A stretch of DNA of 62,346 nt, counting the filler, from Globobulimina sp. (taxonomy: Eukaryota), in the NCBI GenBank assembly GCA_003354225.1. It is 16 parts of 16 records of this genome, joined end to end, with 100 filler letters (N's around TTAATTAATTAA, not from the genome) between each part and the next. Parts side by side here need not be neighbours in the genome. Positions count along the whole stretch, not along the records: positions 11,720 to 15,525 come from PIVH01002065.1; positions 15,626 to 19,431 come from PIVH01002066.1; positions 19,532 to 23,335 come from PIVH01002067.1; positions 23,436 to 27,238 come from PIVH01002068.1; 12 more parts are not named here. The stretch is one strand, 5' to 3'. Position 1 is the first letter of the stretch. Each line of letters begins with the position of its first letter. Positions 13,511 through 23,869 of the stretch are shown here, piece after piece. The notes beneath the pieces are model-generated. The model worked only from the letters and a program-made list of their open reading frames with translations. It ran no database searches and was not told the DNA's origin. The position numbers were made by a program, and so were the translations under genes.

Positions 13511-14855
13511 GTGTATATACTGTACCTTAAGTCGTATGAGTTGGAATCATTAGGAATAAAAGCAGACGATGACAAGAAACGATTCATGGAAGCTGTCGAC
13601 AAATTGGATATGCGTTTATTCTTTGAACATGACATGGATTTGGGTCGATATTATCAAATATTTATGGACCATCACTTTGAAAATTTGGCAGAAATTTGCG
13701 AATTAAAACGGTATCAGTTGAGGCAAATGGGAATTAAAAATATCTCGCATCAAACTAAGATATTGAAAGATGTGCAGAGAATATTGATTAATGACAGATT
13801 GATTAACATAAATCCGGGGGATCCGCGCAGCATCGATGGAGATACAGCTTTGTGCGCTCAGTTAGCACCAAACGAAGATGTCATACAAAGAGTTATTGGC
13901 CATGCCATGCAATGTTGTGATGACCAGTCTGGCTTTGATATTTATCAGGTTTTAGCCATTCGATATCATGATAAAAATTCAACAGTGGTGAAGGGGAAAA
14001 GACCATTCAGCAAAATTGGAATCTATACAGAATTTGTCTCAATACCGCCATTCCTGCAGACATTATTGGTGGCGGTCATCGTTGGGATTGCACAAACTGT
14101 TGGCATTTTGGTGGTGATTTATAAATTATTGACGTCATATTTTGCGGAAGGAGATTTTGAGGATATTTGCCAAATGGAAGCTGAACGGTGGAATAATGTT
14201 TATTCTCTGAGGGTTCTTTCTTTTGTGTTTGCAGTGATTATCACTTTCTATGTCTCGATTATGATGAACGGCATTGACCATTCGGGTTTGTATGAGATTA
14301 TGAATAGGCTAAAATTGAAGCATATTAATAAAATTGATGGCATTGTGTTGGGTCTTTTATATATTGGGCAGGGAATAAATTATTTTGCATGTTTGTTGGC
14401 TGTGATTGGTTCGTATTTCATTGTATTCTCAACAAATAAAGTAGAGGACGGAGATTGGAGTGGCTCTCTTTTTTATGTTGGGTATGTTATTTATTTTATT
14501 TTATTTTATTAAACAAAACATATGATATATCCGCTCAGAATTGGACGATGTTATCGTGTCAAATCAAGATTATATTGATTGTAAACAGTATTTGGAGCTG
14601 TTTCTGTCGAATTATAAAGCGAATGAAGAGATGAATGAGGAATATGACGCAGACTACCAACATAAAGCGGATAAAGGTAAAGGATGTGTTTGTTGTAAAA
14701 ATATTGGGTGTAATTTTGGAGATATATCAGTTGAGTGTGGTGTCAATTGTTGTTCTAAAACAACGTATCGGTTTATTGTAATTTTTGCAATTTTTGTAAA
14801 AATTGTTTGTTATTTTTTTGGATTTATTGCTCCGTTTGTTATCTTTTTTTGGTAA
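13511..14855 (+). pseudogene. SAM-domain multi-pass membrane protein with an apparent frameshift near 14459
   Basis: SAM-like segments (LESLGIK; LGRYYQIF...LRQMGIKNISHQTKILK) and TM helices. Intron 14482..14538 gives VALFFML/ELDD only in a frame shifted from the upstream ORF. The upstream region also has in-frame stops. Confidence 0.5.
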
Positions 14856-15131
14856 ACAATAGAATTTCTATACACTTTTTTTGTTGTTTTTGTTGTTATG
14901 CATGAAACTATATTATTACATGACCTTTTTGTATATTTATATTCATTCATTTATTATCGACATAATTTGGAATTGTAATCGATGGTGGAATAAAATTTTG
15001 AATGATTTTGATGGTTTTGATATGGATATGTTATGGTTATATAATAGAATCAACTCCCCGTTTTTGAAAGTTGATAAACTTTGCGGCCAAAACATTTTTA
15101 AAGTTGTCTAAGCATCAAAACGTTATTTGAA

Positions 15132-15217
15132 ATGGCGTTCTTCCCACTGTTGGTAATTGCAGCGATCAGCACCTTTGGTAACTCTGCAAAAGACCTAATT
15201 TGTCCATCTTACCCACC
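15132..15217 (+). CDS. Signal peptide plus CPSYPP: N-terminal fragment of a LACTBL1-like gene
   Basis: MAFFPLLVIAAISTFGNSAKDLICPSYPP. Bases 15201..15217 are identical to the first 17 nt of the contig (11720..11736). Confidence 0.6.
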
Positions 15218-15651
15218 ATATTTCCCATCAATTTCATCAATAGAAACCGCACAGAATTCTGCCAATCTGACAGCAAATCGTCTTTTTGACAGTGCTGCTG
15301 TTAAATTCGTGGATAATTGGCAGAGACAAATCCTTTGACAAAAGCAAGTATCTCTAGATCTGCGTAATTATGATGTTTGATACTATGCTCTTTATATTTG
15401 ACATATTTATAACGAGACTTTCTGACTTGTTTGACATAGCGACGAGGCACTGCTTCAAACAAATTAATCGAAGCATGCATCCGGGTTTAATGTGGACGCC
15501 AACAGTGATAAATCAATATACTTTTNNNNNNNNNNNNNNNNNNNNNNNNNNNNNNNNNNNNNNNNNNNNTTAATTAATTAANNNNNNNNNNNNNNNNNNN
15601 NNNNNNNNNNNNNNNNNNNNNNNNNTATATAATATGTTGGAAAGAAACAAC

Positions 15652-18489
15652 TTATATTTGAGAGGCATCAACAATCTCTATTTGTTCTATTTTATTTTTA
15701 ATATCGTCGTCCTTATCAATAATATTTGTATAATCATAATTGAATGCACTATCATCACGAATGTCGTTTGCATTTGGTTTGGATTTTGACTTTGTTTTTT
15801 TCCAAAATGGCAACGAACCATTCATATATCTGTTCCTTGGCGTCTTTATTTTTTGATTATTTTTCTGTCGAATGTAATTTTTTTGCGACGAACGCAATTT
15901 ATATCGACACATTAAATATTGATCGCACTCTTCAATCTTGAATTTTTCATAATATTCCAACAGCAAATCCCAAATCATATATTCCGCATCGTCAAATACT
16001 ACATACAAATCATTCAAAGTTGAAGCTTCAACGCTTATTTGTGTCTCATTCTCAATGACACTCCAAATATCGGATATTTTCGTGATTGTATCACTTTGTT
16101 TATGCACAAACATCGGTTCATTTTCATTATCATCCTCATCATCTGTCACATTATAATTATCACTCAGCACATCACTTTCTTGTTTATCCAATTCCAATCG
16201 CAATGGTTCTATATCGATATCAAACGGTGATTTTGAGTGTTCCTCTTCCAAATCATTCAATAATATCTCAAATTTAACATCATCAAAATCGTGATCTGGT
16301 GTCTGCTGTGTATCAACTACCTCTATATTGTGTATGGTGACACTACGGTCGCTATCATAATCTGATGACAATAATTCTTGTTCTTTGTGTTGTTGTTCGT
16401 GTATTGTAGGTATATTAACATCAATTTTAATGTCAGCAATATTATTCTCATCATTTCCATCTCCAAAAATAGTGATATTATCATTACCAAAACTCCCAAC
16501 GGATACATATCGATTAAAGTAACATCGTCGTCTCTTTTTTTTATTTTTTTTGCTTTCATATTCGTTCATATTTTGTGTCAGCTCACAATATTTTTTATCA
16601 TTTAATATGTTCTTTTTATTTTTCTGATATTTTAAATAATATTTTTTTTGAGAATATAAAAATTGATAATGCTGGTAAATTGATTCTAAAATCTCGCCAA
16701 CTTTATATGCAATTTCCTTTGTTATACAAATATTTGATTGTTTTTTTGCTTTTCGTGCTGGTTTTTTGTTCATGTCACTATCAGTGATATATTTTATATA
16801 TACATTCCATGCATGAAATACAATGTTATTTTGATTAATATAATAACAGTCGCCGCGAGGCAAGAATTTGAACTCAACATCGTTCATCCACTCATATTTC
16901 TTTTTGATTAACTTCTTTTTGCCATATTTAACATTACTTAGCTCGCAATCCAATTCTTTTTTAAATTGAGTAAGTTCAGCAATAAACGCTAAATTATTTA
17001 ATGCCATATTTTTATGCAAATATTGCGAGAAACAATAAAAACCAAAACGAAAATTCAATAAGTCCTTGAAAAATATTTTTTCCATTCGATCAGTGCTTGG
17101 ACTGCCGTCTAAATCGGGCCTATATTCGACCAATGGAGACATTGTTTGAGCGGAATGACTGTGACTGCCAACTCGCAGTCTGGCAAACATTTTAATATTG
17201 GCAGTGGGTGTTCGCGCTTTATTTGTTTTTGAACTGACCGGTAAATGCACATAATGCCATTTTATTTTGTTTGCTGCATTATTCAATGGAGAGGGAATCG
17301 GTTCATTCTCTAAAGAATCAGACTCACTGTCAATTTTATCCATTTCCAGCTGTAATGATTTTAATTCATCATTGGATATAATTTCATCCAAACCTGATAA
17401 TCTTTTATCTTTATGTATACATAATATTATATATAATATATATATATATACAAATATGAGGGCGTGCAAGGATCGATACATACCTTCCTGTTCATATTTG
17501 GATTGATAATGATCAATGATTGGATGTACATTGTTGGCTAATTTATTTCGTTCATGTTTGATAATATGTTGTCTATTAAGAGCAGCCCAAACACCAAACC
17601 TAAGAGAAATAATAATTGCTAATGAGCATGAAATGGTATTTGAAATTATCTGCATTGATAATAAAATTGCAGTGCTTTGTTTAATGAGTACGGTGGTGAG
17701 TAATGACGGCAATGTGTTTATAAAGTATATGATGATTAATATTAATATTTCTTTTAATAGAAAATGGTCATCGACAAAGTATTTTGTATTATGTTTGATG
17801 TTCCTATAAATGTAAGAGATGCCTATGATTGGCATTGTTGATATTATAAACAAAGTGATATATTCAATGAGGATGTTGTTTGGTACCGATATAAATACGA
17901 TGGAAATGAATGTAATCATTAAAATAGCAAACGAGAAATACACAGAAGAAAATAATAATAAATTTGCGGATCTTCCAAGGAGTTGATAATTAATAATATA
18001 AAATGAATGTGTCCAGTATTTATCGATAATATGACAACAAAACCATTTTTCATCATCAATTAATTTGTTTATATTGTAATATAATTTACATATTTTAACA
18101 ATTAATAAACTTAAAATGCCAAATAATTGAAATGAATACAACATTAAACGCACATAAAGATTAAAATAATGCGAATAATATGGATACCGATAGTGATGAA
18201 AGTACATCAAATATATAAATAATGGATATATCATTAAACAAATGCACCATATCACCGTTGAAAAAATTAGAAATGAATGGTCGCGAATTTCTGTATTATG
18301 TAATTTATGTTGGAAATAATGTTGCAAATCTTGATGGTTTGCATTGTGTGCAAGAGACAACGTACCGACGGATGGATATTGTCCTTTTGTTCGAAACTTC
18401 TCAATATCTTTAAATGCATAAACAGACCATACTGGCAAACATAATCCAATGACCATACACAAAAAACAAACAACCTCTAAAGGTTCCAT
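15652..18489 (-). CDS. 7TM-RGS-type protein (multi-TM N-terminus plus RGS domain); probable in-frame intron 17409..17483
   Basis: About 7 hydrophobic helices, then RGS motifs FKDLL...GFYCFSQYLHKNMALNNLAFIAE...YIKYI and FDDAEYMIWDLL...YEKF. A stop-free 75-bp GT-AG intron is read through by the ORF track. Confidence 0.75.
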   Translation of the reverse strand: MEPLEVVCFLCMVIGLCLPVWSVYAFKDIEKFRTKGQYPSVGTLSLAHNANHQDLQHYFQHKLHNTEIRDHSFLIFSTVIWCICLMIYPLFIYLMYFHHYRYPYYSHYFNLYVRLMLYSFQLFGILSLLIVKICKLYYNINKLIDDEKWFCCHIIDKYWTHSFYIINYQLLGRSANLLLFSSVYFSFAILMITFISIVFISVPNNILIEYITLFIISTMPIIGISYIYRNIKHNTKYFVDDHFLLKEILILIIIYFINTLPSLLTTVLIKQSTAILLSMQIISNTISCSLAIIISLRFGVWAALNRQHIIKHERNKLANNVHPIIDHYQSKYEQEGMYRSLHALIFVYIYILYIILCIHKDKRLSGLDEIISNDELKSLQLEMDKIDSESDSLENEPIPSPLNNAANKIKWHYVHLPVSSKTNKARTPTANIKMFARLRVGSHSHSAQTMSPLVEYRPDLDGSPSTDRMEKIFFKDLLNFRFGFYCFSQYLHKNMALNNLAFIAELTQFKKELDCELSNVKYGKKKLIKKKYEWMNDVEFKFLPRGDCYYINQNNIVFHAWNVYIKYITDSDMNKKPARKAKKQSNICITKEIAYKVGEILESIYQHYQFLYSQKKYYLKYQKNKKNILNDKKYCELTQNMNEYESKKNKKKRRRCYFNRYVSVGSFGNDNITIFGDGNDENNIADIKIDVNIPTIHEQQHKEQELLSSDYDSDRSVTIHNIEVVDTQQTPDHDFDDVKFEILLNDLEEEHSKSPFDIDIEPLRLELDKQESDVLSDNYNVTDDEDDNENEPMFVHKQSDTITKISDIWSVIENETQISVEASTLNDLYVVFDDAEYMIWDLLLEYYEKFKIEECDQYLMCRYKLRSSQKNYIRQKNNQKIKTPRNRYMNGSLPFWKKTKSKSKPNANDIRDDSAFNYDYTNIIDKDDDIKNKIEQIEIVDASQI

Positions 18490-18567
18490 TCAAATTAGAG
18501 TGAGCTCCGCAGAAAATAACAAGTTTCACATTTTTACAAGTTGCCAAAAACGAAACCTCTGTCTATA

Positions 18568-19428
18568 TTAAGAATACTGCATTGTCAATTTTATATGATT
18601 GATGCATGTGTATCCACCATACGTATCAATCAATATTATTCTCCAATATCTTGATTTTCTATTTTGCATTCCATTTGCATCAACGTTAAACATTTGCCAC
18701 GTATTACTTTTTGCGCTTTGAAACCTTTGTACATCCATCCAATTATCGTCATCTCTGTCATATTTATTCTCATTGAATGATATTTGCAGCTTAAAATGTT
18801 TCACCGTATCTTTATCAGAATATCTATTTTTTATTTCAATTTTTTTAATAACCCCAACAAATAATATATCAATAATAAACCACTGATAATCTGTTTCATT
18901 TTTAATTATTTGCGAACAAAACAATGAATCTTGATCCAACTCTGGTAATTTTTGGGCAGATTCACACTCTTTGTTTGCATCGATGATATGAAATGTCATA
19001 AATGATTTCCTTTCTTGGTGATTAAATATCGATGGTGTGTTTAATATAAAATGTATCAAAACTGATTCTGATTGTTGTCGGCTTAAATATTGGCAAACCT
19101 GTTGAATAAAGAATGTCTTTGTCATCAAAGGATAGCGAATATAGGGAGTTATTGGGCATAGTACAGAGCTGATACTTAATTCTTCATTACTTTCAAAAGG
19201 TATAATAAAGCTTTTACTGGTAAAACTTTTTTGAGTGTTATTTTTACAGAAACAGATCTGATTGAATTGTTTTTCCATACTGTCAACAAAAACATGTAAT
19301 TCATTTGCATCTTGGGATTGCTTTTGACTTGTTGGCTTAAACGCTTCTGCTCCAGAATAAACAGTCCCTCTTTTGGCTTTTCTGCTTTCTATTGGATCAA
19401 TTGCTTTACGAGCTTCATTAAATCTTAA
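18568..19428 (-). CDS. Protein with a C-terminal discoidin/F5-8 type C-like domain, 5'-truncated
   Basis: QWFIIDI...IKKIEI...VKHFKLQIS...W..V...SRYWRIILIDTYGG. The frame is open upstream to near the contig end. Confidence 0.65.
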   Translation of the reverse strand, partial: LRFNEARKAIDPIESRKAKRGTVYSGAEAFKPTSQKQSQDANELHVFVDSMEKQFNQICFCKNNTQKSFTSKSFIIPFESNEELSISSVLCPITPYIRYPLMTKTFFIQQVCQYLSRQQSESVLIHFILNTPSIFNHQERKSFMTFHIIDANKECESAQKLPELDQDSLFCSQIIKNETDYQWFIIDILFVGVIKKIEIKNRYSDKDTVKHFKLQISFNENKYDRDDDNWMDVQRFQSAKSNTWQMFNVDANGMQNRKSRYWRIILIDTYGGYTCINHIKLTMQYS

Positions 19429-19533
19429 TTANNNNNNNNNNNNNNNNNNNNNNNNNNNNNNNNNNNNNNNNNNNNTTAATTAATTAANNNNNNNNNNNNN
19501 NNNNNNNNNNNNNNNNNNNNNNNNNNNNNNNCG

Positions 19534-21645
19534 TGTAACTGGGCCAGCGCGCAAGGTCTGCCCTTCATATATTTATCCGCCAACAGCGGCGCACGCATCG
19601 GCTTATCGAAGGAGATAATAAGTACGTTTAAGGTGGCCTGGGCCCACGAACACCATGAGACTAAGAACCAGCAATTGCACGATATCGGAGTTAAGAAATC
19701 CAAAGAGGCAGAATTCGAGCCGAAATATTTGTATTTAGACGAGGAGACTTACGGCAAATACAAAGATCTGGTCAATGTCAAGCAAATCAGTACGAACAAT
19801 GGCGGTGGAAATCGCTACAAGATATTGGATATTATAGGCACGTATGGCATCGGCGTGGAGAATCTGAGTGGCAGTGGTTTGATAGCGGGGGTCACCTCGC
19901 GGGCCAATGAGAAAACCTTTACATTGTCGTATGTGACTGGTCGCAGTGTCGGCATTGGTGCGTATTTGGTACGTTTAACGCACCGCGTGATTCACACACG
20001 AGATTCGCCCATTTTGTTAACGAGCTACGTGGCGCTAAACAACTTATTGGGTAAATCCGTGTATTTATCCAACCAACAAATTGGCGGCGCGGATGAGATT
20101 ATGATGCCAAACGGCGTCTGTCATTGCCAGGTCAATGACGACTTGGAAGGCGCCTATCAAATATTAAAGTGGCTGTCGTATATACCGCAGAAGCAAAACG
20201 CTGCCTATCCGATTGAGTTGAATTTATTATCGTTGTCGGATCCCATTGACCGCGACGTGGAGTATGTCATTGGTGGTAATGACAAATACGATCCACGCTG
20301 TTTGATCCGCGGCGATGTGAGCATGACGCACATCAAACACACCACTGACACCATGACCAACGAGGAGGAGAAGAGCGAAGGCGATGAAGCAGCGGCAGTT
20401 TTAAGCGATATTAGCGAGAATATGAAACATGAATGGCTGTCTGGCCTATTTGACAAGGACTCATTCACGGAGTATTTGTCCAATTGGGCCACCTCTGTGG
20501 TGATAGGCAGGGCGAGATTGGGTGGCATCCCCTGCGGCATTATCGCCACTGAGACGCGTACGACGCAATGCGTGATACCGCCGGACCCCGCTCGCGAGGA
20601 CGAGTCGTCTGAGATCATGTGGAGCAAACCAGGGCAGGTCTGGTACCCCGACAGTTCGTATAAAACCAGTCAAGCGATACGCGACTTTGCTGGCGAGAAT
20701 TTGCCGTTGTTTATATTAGCGAATTGGAGGGGTTTCAGTGGCGGACAGAGGGATATGTTCCATCAGATACTTAAGTATGGCTCGTACATTGTGGACGCGT
20801 TGCAGTCGTATACCGAGCCGGTATTTGTGTATTTGCCGCCTACTGCGGAACTACGGGGCGGTGCCTGGGTGGTTTTGGATTCTTTGATTAATGAGAGATG
20901 CATTGAGATGTATTCGTCGCAGACGGCGAAAGCGAATGTGTTGGAACCCACTGGAACGGTCGGATTGAAATATAGGAAAAAGCTGTTGTTGGCGACCATG
21001 CATCGGATTGATCCGCAGTTGATGGAATTGGATCGATCGTTGAAGCAGAATCAGGCGCAATTGGATAGTTTTAATGATGAGATAAATAAAGAGATTGAGA
21101 ACAGGGAACGTGGGTTGTTTCCCATTTATAATAAGATTGCGTTGATGTATGCGAAATTGCACGATACGCCGCAGCGGATGAAAGATGTTGGAGTGATAAA
21201 AGAGGTGGTTCCGTGGAGAAATTGTAGGCGCTTTTTTTATTGGAGGTTGCGGCGGAAATTGATTGTTTTAAAGCAAATTAATCATATTTTGAAGGATTTG
21301 GGTTTGGTTTGTGAGGATTGGCGGATTGCTGTGAAAGAGTTTGATTTATTTGTGCAGCAAAGTTATGGTGGAGATAATGAGGAGGTAAAGCACGATGAGG
21401 ATGAGGATGAGGAGGAGGAGAGAGCGGGAACGAATGATGAGGTTATTCGGAGTGATAAAGAGTTTGTTGCGTGGTTTCAAACAAAAACTGAGGAATTTAA
21501 TCAATTTCGATTGAAATTAAAAGAAAAAACTATTGAAAATAAATTAAAATTGTTAATTGATGAATTTAAAGGAAATAAAAAGGATTTGAAAAATATATTT
21601 GATCAATTAATAATTCAATCTGATGAAATTATAAATGTTGATTAA
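19534..21645 (+). CDS. ACC1: Eukaryotic multidomain acetyl-CoA carboxylase, C-terminal carboxyltransferase part
   Basis: IYLSANSGARIG, GVENLSGSGLIAG, GIGAYLVRL, GRARLGGIP, GQVWYPDS, ANWRGFSGGQRDM, ELRGGAWVV, FFYWRLRR. Confidence 0.97.
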   Translation, partial: CNWASAQGLPFIYLSANSGARIGLSKEIISTFKVAWAHEHHETKNQQLHDIGVKKSKEAEFEPKYLYLDEETYGKYKDLVNVKQISTNNGGGNRYKILDIIGTYGIGVENLSGSGLIAGVTSRANEKTFTLSYVTGRSVGIGAYLVRLTHRVIHTRDSPILLTSYVALNNLLGKSVYLSNQQIGGADEIMMPNGVCHCQVNDDLEGAYQILKWLSYIPQKQNAAYPIELNLLSLSDPIDRDVEYVIGGNDKYDPRCLIRGDVSMTHIKHTTDTMTNEEEKSEGDEAAAVLSDISENMKHEWLSGLFDKDSFTEYLSNWATSVVIGRARLGGIPCGIIATETRTTQCVIPPDPAREDESSEIMWSKPGQVWYPDSSYKTSQAIRDFAGENLPLFILANWRGFSGGQRDMFHQILKYGSYIVDALQSYTEPVFVYLPPTAELRGGAWVVLDSLINERCIEMYSSQTAKANVLEPTGTVGLKYRKKLLLATMHRIDPQLMELDRSLKQNQAQLDSFNDEINKEIENRERGLFPIYNKIALMYAKLHDTPQRMKDVGVIKEVVPWRNCRRFFYWRLRRKLIVLKQINHILKDLGLVCEDWRIAVKEFDLFVQQSYGGDNEEVKHDEDEDEEEERAGTNDEVIRSDKEFVAWFQTKTEEFNQFRLKLKEKTIENKLKLLIDEFKGNKKDLKNIFDQLIIQSDEIINVD

Positions 21646-21795
21646 ATTTTTTTTTTTTGTATTTGTAGTTTTAGATTATTATTTTATTCTTTATTTATAA
21701 TATTCTATATATTTCTGCTTTTCCGTCACCACAAAGAAAATAAATATATACAGTCGTCGGAAAACTACTGAGTTGGCTACGATTGAAAGTGTATA

Positions 21796-23252
21796 ATGGC
21801 AGAACCGAGAGGTAACTCTCTGTAAGAGATGTAAACAAATTTGTTCTCAATCAACACATATACAAATATAACAATACTGAACAGTCTACAATCACCAGAC
21901 ATTAACATTAAAATGTCTCATCAATTCAAATGAATTACAAAAAACAATAAATATTCGATTGCCAACAACAAAAGATTGGAATAGAAATCTCCATTGGACG
22001 CGAATACCTAAATCAAATAAAAAAAAACTTCAGACGCGAATAGAAAACTCGATAGAGATTCTCCAATCATTATTGACGCGAATACCTAAAAAATTTAAAT
22101 GTTTAGCAAATATTCATGAAAGTGAATGGCAATTATGTATTAACTCAACTATTATTGATAAAAACGATCCAAAATTATTTGGCGAATTACTCTCGTCCAT
22201 ACCACCACATTGCGTTGTTCCATTTTTTTTAGCGACACGATATTGACTATTTTAAAATGCCATCAAAGTGATGTTTTTTAAGAGTTTATGAGAGAAATTT
22301 GGCATGTCAAGCTAGCACGCATGAACTGGAATCGTAAGGACATCTCATGGCAATATTAGTGTATCAATTGGAAAATGTGGATGGGATGTAAATTAATTAA
22401 TTGAATATCGACGATACATTGAGTGGTATCACTGATAATAATAATACCAACAATTCATTGCATATTTTCGTAAAAGTTGTGTATTTACATTATATTCACA
22501 TCATACAGCACAGTGAATATATATATATATGTACAGATGGAATATCAATTGACCGTTGTTCACGGAAACAAATCATTTTTGTGGGTACCTCCCAACTTGA
22601 AAAATGATGAAGAAACATGGGATTGTAATTATAATTCGTTAATTAAAACAATATGTAATAAGTATCAATTCAATGCAGATAATATTCAATTGCAACAAAA
22701 TCAAAATGGAATTCAATTTTATATCGATTGCGGTGATGATTTGAAGGTATTATGGAATGGATTGAAAGAAAACAACAACAGTCAATCAACAGAAATTCAG
22801 ATCATATCAGAAAATAAATTTGTTACGTTCATTCACTCAGATTGGTAATTACATACTGTATCTATTCTGTTTATTTATATATAGGACGAATTCAAAGAAG
22901 GTCACCAGGATACAAACAATGTAACGCGATATCAATGTGCATCATATTTACGCGATATCAATGTGCATCATATTTACGCGATACATTCAAAACATGGTGG
23001 ATTGAATGCGTCGGATTGCCACAATATCTTGAAATGTTCATTGAAGAGGGTTATGAAGATTTGACTTATTTGGATGATCAAATCACAGAACAAGAATTGA
23101 TCGATATTGGTATTCAAAAAAGACCACACCGCAAAAAAATACTTCGTGAAATCACTAAATATCTCCAAACAAAAAATGAAACAGAAAATGGTGATGTCGA
23201 ATCAGATGCACATGAAGAGAGCTCACCCGCCAATCAATTGCAACCTGTTTAG
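21796..23252 (+). pseudogene. Degenerate multi-exon gene ending in a SAM domain
   Basis: Last exon WWIECVGLPQYLEMFIEEGYEDL...ELIDIGIQKRPHRKKIL is a SAM domain. Intron 22822..22884. A 26-bp tandem duplication breaks the frame. The 5' exon structure is uncertain. Confidence 0.5.
22924..22983. repeat. 26-bp tandem duplication (acgcgatatcaatgtgcatcatattt x2 + acgcgata)
   Basis: Read directly from the sequence. Confidence 0.95.
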
Positions 23253-23869
23253 TACACTTTGCATCTGATACATTGGCATATTGTAACTCTCATCTGATTA
23301 AGATACTTTCCTCGTAGATTGGTTAAAAAGTACTTNNNNNNNNNNNNNNNNNNNNNNNNNNNNNNNNNNNNNNNNNNNNTTAATTAATTAANNNNNNNNN
23401 NNNNNNNNNNNNNNNNNNNNNNNNNNNNNNNNNNNTATGAACTCATTCTACCAATTTTCGCGACAGCTGACATCAATGAAGCATTGGAATCAATCATGTA
23501 TACAATGATACAATTAAAAACATATTGAATCAAATTTTATATATTTTATTGACGATAACATTCTATGTAAGTTTACTGTGGATAACGGAGAAGATGTGAA
23601 TAATAATATTGTGTGGGAATTCGACAACGAATTTGATTTAATAAAAGGAGATAGAAATAGGTTTATAAACATTGTCGAACTGAACATATACGGCCAGCCA
23701 TACATAATCTGACCATCGAGGACTGTCTCACTATTCATTATAGAGAGAAATTAGTGTTTTACTATGTTCAAATATGAATCCCAAAATATGCGGTTTTTCA
23801 CAACTGTGAGTAGCATATCGGTGGTAGAAATAGTTGAAATAAATAAGGATAATATACTCGGTAACATTG

